64,000 nt of DNA, taken from positions 1-64,000 of the IMG/VR virus record IMGVR_UViG_3300032116_000104; one strand, given 5' to 3'. Of the stretch, positions 59,054 through 64,000 are shown in pieces. Numbering within the stretch: position 1 is the stretch's first letter; every line of letters begins with the position of its first letter. The position numbers and the translations under genes were made by a program. Source of the stretch: a virus. The notes under the pieces are model-generated. The model made no database searches, was not told where the DNA came from, and was given only the letters and a program-made list of their open reading frames with translations.

Positions 59054-60601
59054 ATGCTTGATAAGAACTCAATTCAAATTGCCTCTCTATCAACACGGCA
59101 AGTTCAGGAAATAGCAGAGGCAATTACATCTCTTGATGTCAATTACTCCATTGATGAGGCCAGTCAAATCTCTTTTCAGGTCATTGACCCCCAGTTCAAG
59201 ATGGCGGAAAACGGTTACTTCACCGTTGGTAGAGAAGTCATTTTTACAGCATCAACCGTCTCGCCGTTTCTCGTGAATAGTTTTGGCAAATTTATTAGCA
59301 ACTATGCAGATGGTGGAGAATTCGCAAGAGCAAGCCTTTTTTACGAAATGGCATCTGTGACTGTTGGCCAGAATGGAAGCAATTCACCGACTTGGACCAT
59401 CAAGGCTCGTCCCAAGGCTGTTCAGCAGATGAAGAGAGACAGAGAACCAAAAAATATCAAAGGTTCTGGAAGTGAATTTGTTCAGAATGCTGCCAGAAGG
59501 TACGGGCTTTTTCCAGTTACACAAAACACCAACAAGAGTTACAAAATCAATAGCGCCAATGGCTCACAGCAGGCAACCTCTACATGGGACGCAATGAAGA
59601 GCATTGCTGACGAAGCAGAATTTGTGCTCTTTGAGGCAGATGGAGTTCTTTATTTTGGGCAGGAAAAATGGCTTTTGAACAAATGGGGCACACACGCCAG
59701 TGGAGGAAATCAAATTTTTGACGCGAGGGGAAGGGCGGTTCTGGATAAAAACGGTAATCCTAAATTCAGGCCATACAAGCGCTTTATCCCAATGTCTTGG
59801 CCGCCTGGCTCATCCACTATGACCGAAGATTTCAGACTTATTGAAATACCCAGCATCACTCAGTCAGACAATGACGCCTATATTGCTGATGGTTCTTTCA
59901 ACTGCGAAAGGATGAATGGCACGAGAATGCGTCCTGGCATGACAGTGAAATTCATTAACATTCCGAACTTTGCTGGAGAATATCTTGTCACACAGGTTTC
60001 CTATCGCGAGCAGTCCACGGACCCAGTATCGGTGTCTTTTAGAACTCCAACAAAACTTAAAGATGAAAAAATAAAAGACATTGCTATCGGCACGGTTGTA
60101 GACAACATATATAAAATCTATAGAGGAACTGAGAGAGATAGGGCAGTTCCTGTTGCTGCCGCCAACGTAGGAACAGTAAGACCTGTTTACAGGCAGTCAC
60201 CGACGCCGACCGCCGCCCGACCAATGGTTTACCCAGCGCCCAACTTTGATGAATCGTTCATCATTGAGGCTGGAAACATCTCTCTATGGGATAGACCTAT
60301 CTATGTTGAAAATAGAAGAGCCGTTACAACGCGACCATTTATCCATGTAGATTCTGGAGATTATGTTGTTCTGGAGAGGGTTTGGTGCCAGAGTGGCTCA
60401 CCAGCACTTCTTTCAGAAGCAGCAGCAATCACCAAATACGGGATTGATGACCAGCACCTAGGCAAATTTTCCGACGAAAGCGCAGCAAGGTCATGGGTTG
60501 AGCAACTTCTTCAGTTGGCCCCCATCGTGATACAGAAGAAGTTTCCCACCTCATATCGGAGCATTCTTGCTGGGGTTGTCCCAGTGGGATACGGTTGCTG
60601 A
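59054..60601 (+). CDS. Baseplate hub (gp27/GPD-like) protein
   Basis: AS..SFQV.DP, S.WD....A......FE..G.LYFG, RPG.TV........G.YLVT.V. Confidence 0.75.
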   Translation: MLDKNSIQIASLSTRQVQEIAEAITSLDVNYSIDEASQISFQVIDPQFKMAENGYFTVGREVIFTASTVSPFLVNSFGKFISNYADGGEFARASLFYEMASVTVGQNGSNSPTWTIKARPKAVQQMKRDREPKNIKGSGSEFVQNAARRYGLFPVTQNTNKSYKINSANGSQQATSTWDAMKSIADEAEFVLFEADGVLYFGQEKWLLNKWGTHASGGNQIFDARGRAVLDKNGNPKFRPYKRFIPMSWPPGSSTMTEDFRLIEIPSITQSDNDAYIADGSFNCERMNGTRMRPGMTVKFINIPNFAGEYLVTQVSYREQSTDPVSVSFRTPTKLKDEKIKDIAIGTVVDNIYKIYRGTERDRAVPVAAANVGTVRPVYRQSPTPTAARPMVYPAPNFDESFIIEAGNISLWDRPIYVENRRAVTTRPFIHVDSGDYVVLERVWCQSGSPALLSEAAAITKYGIDDQHLGKFSDESAARSWVEQLLQLAPIVIQKKFPTSYRSILAGVVPVGYGC

Positions 60602-60602
60602 C

Positions 60603-61190
60603 ATGACCAAGTTTGTTAACAGGGAAAAGGCCTCATCTCACCCGCTTGCTCCAGGGGGTCTCTACGTTGGCGTTGTCAAGTCCATGCTCTCGGATGGAAG
60701 GGTCAATGTCTTTGTCCCACGACTCAACTCTCATTATGGTCCACTGAGAATTGCTGGACAATCAGCAATAACCCGTATTGAACCAGAGCAGCAGGTGGTG
60801 TTGGCATTTATGAACTCTGGAACATCAGAGATAATTGTCATTGCAGACTTGGACATAAATCCAAAAATCATAAAATCAACACTTGACGAAGATGATACGC
60901 CTGTTGAGATTTATCGCCATCCGATTCAGGGCAACTCGGCAACCAAGTTGTGCTTATTGCTAGAGAATGAAACTATAGGCAAGTTGTACGAAGAACTGGT
61001 CATTCTGATTGTCGGCGGAACGCCATACGTCAAGCGAATGCAATATGATGAAGAAACTACAATATCAGTTCACGGTAGATTGACTTTTGATGCCGTGCTA
61101 AGTGATGGTCATGTCGTTGTTTCCTGCGAGGCAAACAATGCGGGTACTTACCCATATTCCCTAACTACCACAAGGCTTATCTCGCTGTAG
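60603..61190 (+). CDS. Baseplate spike (gp5/gpV OB-fold) protein
   Basis: GLY.GVV.....GRV.V.VP.L.....QV..AF. Confidence 0.7.
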   Translation: MTKFVNREKASSHPLAPGGLYVGVVKSMLSDGRVNVFVPRLNSHYGPLRIAGQSAITRIEPEQQVVLAFMNSGTSEIIVIADLDINPKIIKSTLDEDDTPVEIYRHPIQGNSATKLCLLLENETIGKLYEELVILIVGGTPYVKRMQYDEETTISVHGRLTFDAVLSDGHVVVSCEANNAGTYPYSLTTTRLISL

Positions 61191-61215
61191 GTCAATGATG
61201 TGGGAGAATGTTTAG

Positions 61216-61533
61216 ATGGACACCATAAAGTTTCCGATTTCTTTTGATTCCACTGGTTTCAATAAACTTGAAGAAGGAACATACGATTATTACAGACAAC
61301 TATTGACAATTGCCCTGCTCACTGAGCCTGGGGACAATCCTTTGACCCCAGACTTTGGTGTTGCCGACCCTGCATTCAATGGCCTTGACGGCGGGTTGTT
61401 TATCTACAATGCTGCAAGATTTGTTCCAGAAGTCAATGTTAGGGACGTATCCTCAAGTGTTAACGAAAAGACTGGCAAATACTCTGTAAAATTCACTTTT
61501 GACATACGAGAGGTCGCAGACGATGCCAATTGA
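61216..61533 (+). CDS. Baseplate gp25/gpW-like sheath initiator
   Basis: KFP.......LLTEPG..P..PDFG. Confidence 0.82.
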   Translation: MDTIKFPISFDSTGFNKLEEGTYDYYRQLLTIALLTEPGDNPLTPDFGVADPAFNGLDGGLFIYNAARFVPEVNVRDVSSSVNEKTGKYSVKFTFDIREVADDAN

Positions 61534-62722
61534 TTATTCTGACTACATTGACCTCACGGTCTTTAATGAGGCTCCATCGGATATTTATCTAGAATCCCTT
61601 GAGTATGCCCGTCTGTTGATGCCAGAACTGACTATTCGTCAGGGCACGCCAGAGGATGCAATTCTTCAGGCATGTGCATATATTGGCTCTGCGAACCTGA
61701 GTGCCATCAATTCATTGCCCAACAGACTGATGAGTGGTGTTCTCAATCTTCTTGGCGTACCAAGAAATGAAGGGGAATTCCCACTCATTGAGGTTGAATT
61801 CACTGCCGCCACTCACGATGGAGCAGTTATTGAGGCTGGAACTCTCTTGAGATACGACTTTAACCTTTTGGAGCCGCCAATAACCGTATATTTTGAGACT
61901 ACGGAAGAGTTGCAGATTGCAGCAATAACAAATACTGGCAATACCCCCCTTCCGACTGGAATAGTTGAGGCAAGGGGTACAGAGGCTCTTGTTCTTCTTC
62001 CAGTAGATAACGGTTCTCTTCTTGCCATTGAATCTACTAATGCTGACATTTATACGGCCACTATTGACTCAACAACAGAACAGGGAATTGAGCCAGAATC
62101 TGATGACGAGTATCTGAACCGTGCATCAACGTACATAGGCTCTTTGTCTTCATCGTTTGGTAAGGCTTCACAGATTGAGGCGTTTATTCTGTCCACGTTT
62201 CCAGCAGTCAGTAGGGTAAAGGTTTATGACCTGACAGACCATACTGGTGGCCTTGACTTTGCCGACGCTGCCGAACCTGGACATATCACCATCTTCGTTT
62301 ATGGCCGTGGAGCAACTTTGTCTTCCGCAGTCAAGTACGAGATTCTTACAGAAGTTGCCGATAGGGCAATCGCTGGCTTAACTATTGGTGTTCTTGATGT
62401 CGTGCTAGCAGATTTGGACGCCACCATTGATGCCGTCTATGACCCAGCATTTGACCCGCTCATTGTTGAAGAAAATATCAAGGAAGCGGTTGATGTTGCA
62501 GTTAATGCTTCTTCATATTCCTTCACTGACAAACTGCGCAGAAACTCCCTCATTCCAGTAATTAGTGACGTACCTGGAGTGCTATTTGTCTCGTCAATTA
62601 CGCTGAGTAATAACGATGCTAACTCCACAATAGTCAGCGGTGAAGCGGAGTTTGCACAGAAAGGCACTCTTCCAGAAATTGCATCTGTAAACATAACGGT
62701 CAACCTAACTGTCAATCAGTAG
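61523..62722 (+). CDS. Baseplate J-like wedge protein
   Basis: LLG.PR, I.AGT, G..PESD.EY..R, VSRVKV, PG.ITI.V, VPGV..V. Confidence 0.87.
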   Translation: MPIDYSDYIDLTVFNEAPSDIYLESLEYARLLMPELTIRQGTPEDAILQACAYIGSANLSAINSLPNRLMSGVLNLLGVPRNEGEFPLIEVEFTAATHDGAVIEAGTLLRYDFNLLEPPITVYFETTEELQIAAITNTGNTPLPTGIVEARGTEALVLLPVDNGSLLAIESTNADIYTATIDSTTEQGIEPESDDEYLNRASTYIGSLSSSFGKASQIEAFILSTFPAVSRVKVYDLTDHTGGLDFADAAEPGHITIFVYGRGATLSSAVKYEILTEVADRAIAGLTIGVLDVVLADLDATIDAVYDPAFDPLIVEENIKEAVDVAVNASSYSFTDKLRRNSLIPVISDVPGVLFVSSITLSNNDANSTIVSGEAEFAQKGTLPEIASVNITVNLTVNQ

Positions 62723-62724
62723 CC

Positions 62725-63912
62725 ATGGCCAGGACGCTCCAGAGACTCACAGAGCGACAGGCTCTCTACAACGTCAATATTATTGGCGCGCCTTTGCCTA
62801 TTGCTGACTACAATCTTTCAACTTATTGGACAGTTACCAACGGCACCGCATCGCTCATCAATGATGACTTCTTTGTAAGTAATAGATATGTGATGAAGAT
62901 TATTCCTTCATCCTCTGCGCCAGTAACTATTAGTACGAATGCAACAAACGGAATCCTGGAGGGAGATAGCGGACTCAACATTGTCTTTACGTCTGTCTTT
63001 AAGTTTGGAGTCAATGCTGCACAGACAGAAACGAAAATATACAAAAACTCAGAGATAGTTGCTGGGGAGACAAAAGCACACAATGCATCCGTCTGGAGTG
63101 TTGTTCGCTCCAACAGAATGACCTATCAATACTCAGTTGGGACAACGGTTACAGCCAAGGTTGAAGTTTCAAATCATGGCTCTCAACCGATTTACATGAC
63201 GATGCCAGCCGTGGTAAATGACGACGCATTCATCAATGCTCCAGCGGTTCTGGCATCAAAGGTTTATATGCCTGACTTTTACTGGCAGTTTGATGGTCAG
63301 TCCGTCAGCCCAACTTACCCTCTCTTCAGGTTTGTGGATATCTGTACATGGCCGATTTCAGAGGCTGCACAGATGTATGCCAACTGGTTTGAGTATGAAA
63401 CTGGTGAACTGCCATACAACACTTCTCGTGATGATTTGAGAACAAGAAGCGCCCTTCTTCATCCAGACAACTTCTATCTCGCTTATAGAAACTGGATATG
63501 GCAATTCATCGGCTCTCCATTTTTAAGAAACGTCTATGACCCAGCAGATAACGCGGCTTACATTGCTGACGAAGAGGAGTACGCCAGGTGGCAGGCCAGA
63601 ACTGCACACTTCGGGCATGGGGCTGGTAGCAGGAAAGCCATCAGGGAAGCAGCGGAATTCGTTTTGTCTGGAACTAAAACTGTTGTTATTACACCCAAAT
63701 TTAGCGGAGACCCTTTTCAGATTTCCGTCAAGACTCTGGTATCTGAAACACCAGACGTTGCTATGGATGGTGATGTAAGCGCAGCCGTCCTGGCTGCCGT
63801 TGAGTCAGCGAGACCAGTAGGTTTCAAGATTGTTCATGAAGCAGTTGATGAAATCATCTTCACGCTTGACGATATTGAGCAGGGACTGCTTGACGTTGGA
63901 CAACTTGGATAA
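62725..63912 (+). CDS. Baseplate wedge / gpI-like tail protein
   Basis: Y.P..Y...D......L.RF, W..QF.G, GS..AI..A, RP.G. Confidence 0.7.
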   Translation: MARTLQRLTERQALYNVNIIGAPLPIADYNLSTYWTVTNGTASLINDDFFVSNRYVMKIIPSSSAPVTISTNATNGILEGDSGLNIVFTSVFKFGVNAAQTETKIYKNSEIVAGETKAHNASVWSVVRSNRMTYQYSVGTTVTAKVEVSNHGSQPIYMTMPAVVNDDAFINAPAVLASKVYMPDFYWQFDGQSVSPTYPLFRFVDICTWPISEAAQMYANWFEYETGELPYNTSRDDLRTRSALLHPDNFYLAYRNWIWQFIGSPFLRNVYDPADNAAYIADEEEYARWQARTAHFGHGAGSRKAIREAAEFVLSGTKTVVITPKFSGDPFQISVKTLVSETPDVAMDGDVSAAVLAAVESARPVGFKIVHEAVDEIIFTLDDIEQGLLDVGQLG

Positions 63913-63971
63913 TTGCCTTCTATAAGACGGAGACACAATCGTCTATAATCAAATAAAACCTTGGAGAAAAG

Positions 63972-64000
63972 ATGATTGCTGGCATCTACAACATGCTGAT
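63972..64000 (+). CDS. Start of the next tail-region gene (MIAGIYNML...), truncated by window end
   Basis: GGAG RBS and upstream TATAAT. Confidence 0.5.

Noticed and set aside
50893-63912. Bacterial contractile injection system (eCIS/tailocin) rather than a phage tail
   Set aside because: It is linked to terminase, portal, capsid and neck genes, so it is a genuine phage tail.
1-64000. Alternative genetic code (stop-codon reassignment)
   Set aside because: Core genes are full length in the standard code, TAG, TGA and TAA all end genes at sensible positions, and no suppressor tRNA was seen.

Overview
This window is 64 kb of a large tailed dsDNA phage genome with a contractile (myovirus-type) tail. 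Leaderless TANNNT promoters, a PAKK histone-like protein and all-UNN tRNAs suggest an actinobacterial, high-GC host (inference). Positions 1-9 kb hold small accessory ORFs, six tRNAs, a dCMP deaminase, a lipoprotein metallophosphoesterase, a LexA-N-only repressor, a histone-like protein and a B12-dependent ribonucleotide reductase (NrdJ). Positions 9-40.4 kb (minus strand) hold a hugely expanded head operon: portal, a 2429-aa prohead-protease fusion, eight further genes, the HK97-fold major capsid protein, a 2OG-Fe(II) oxygenase and two HiPIP-like proteins. Positions 40.5-64 kb (plus strand) hold terminase, recombination and nuclease genes, a ParB/PAPS-reductase/ParB module, then neck, sheath, tube, a frameshifted tail chaperone, tape measure and baseplate. 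The main candidate novel system is the ~25 kb between portal and capsid genes. It encodes giant modular proteins with a shared grammar: a Lys-site-rich leader, K[AG]LG, a conserved FDPxAxDGDGDGIxQxxTPFQRPA tag, then payload modules separated by a recurring G[LMV]RS(S/T) motif. That motif occurs about 20 times in four head-region proteins and also in the tape measure protein. Payloads include sigma70-region-4-like HTH repeats, a zincin metallopeptidase, and zeta-toxin-like, HipA/PI3K-like and ADP-ribosyltransferase-like domains. I interpret this as a capsid-packaged, proteolytically processed polyprotein effector-delivery system. All domain names come from motif recognition by eye; no database searches were run.
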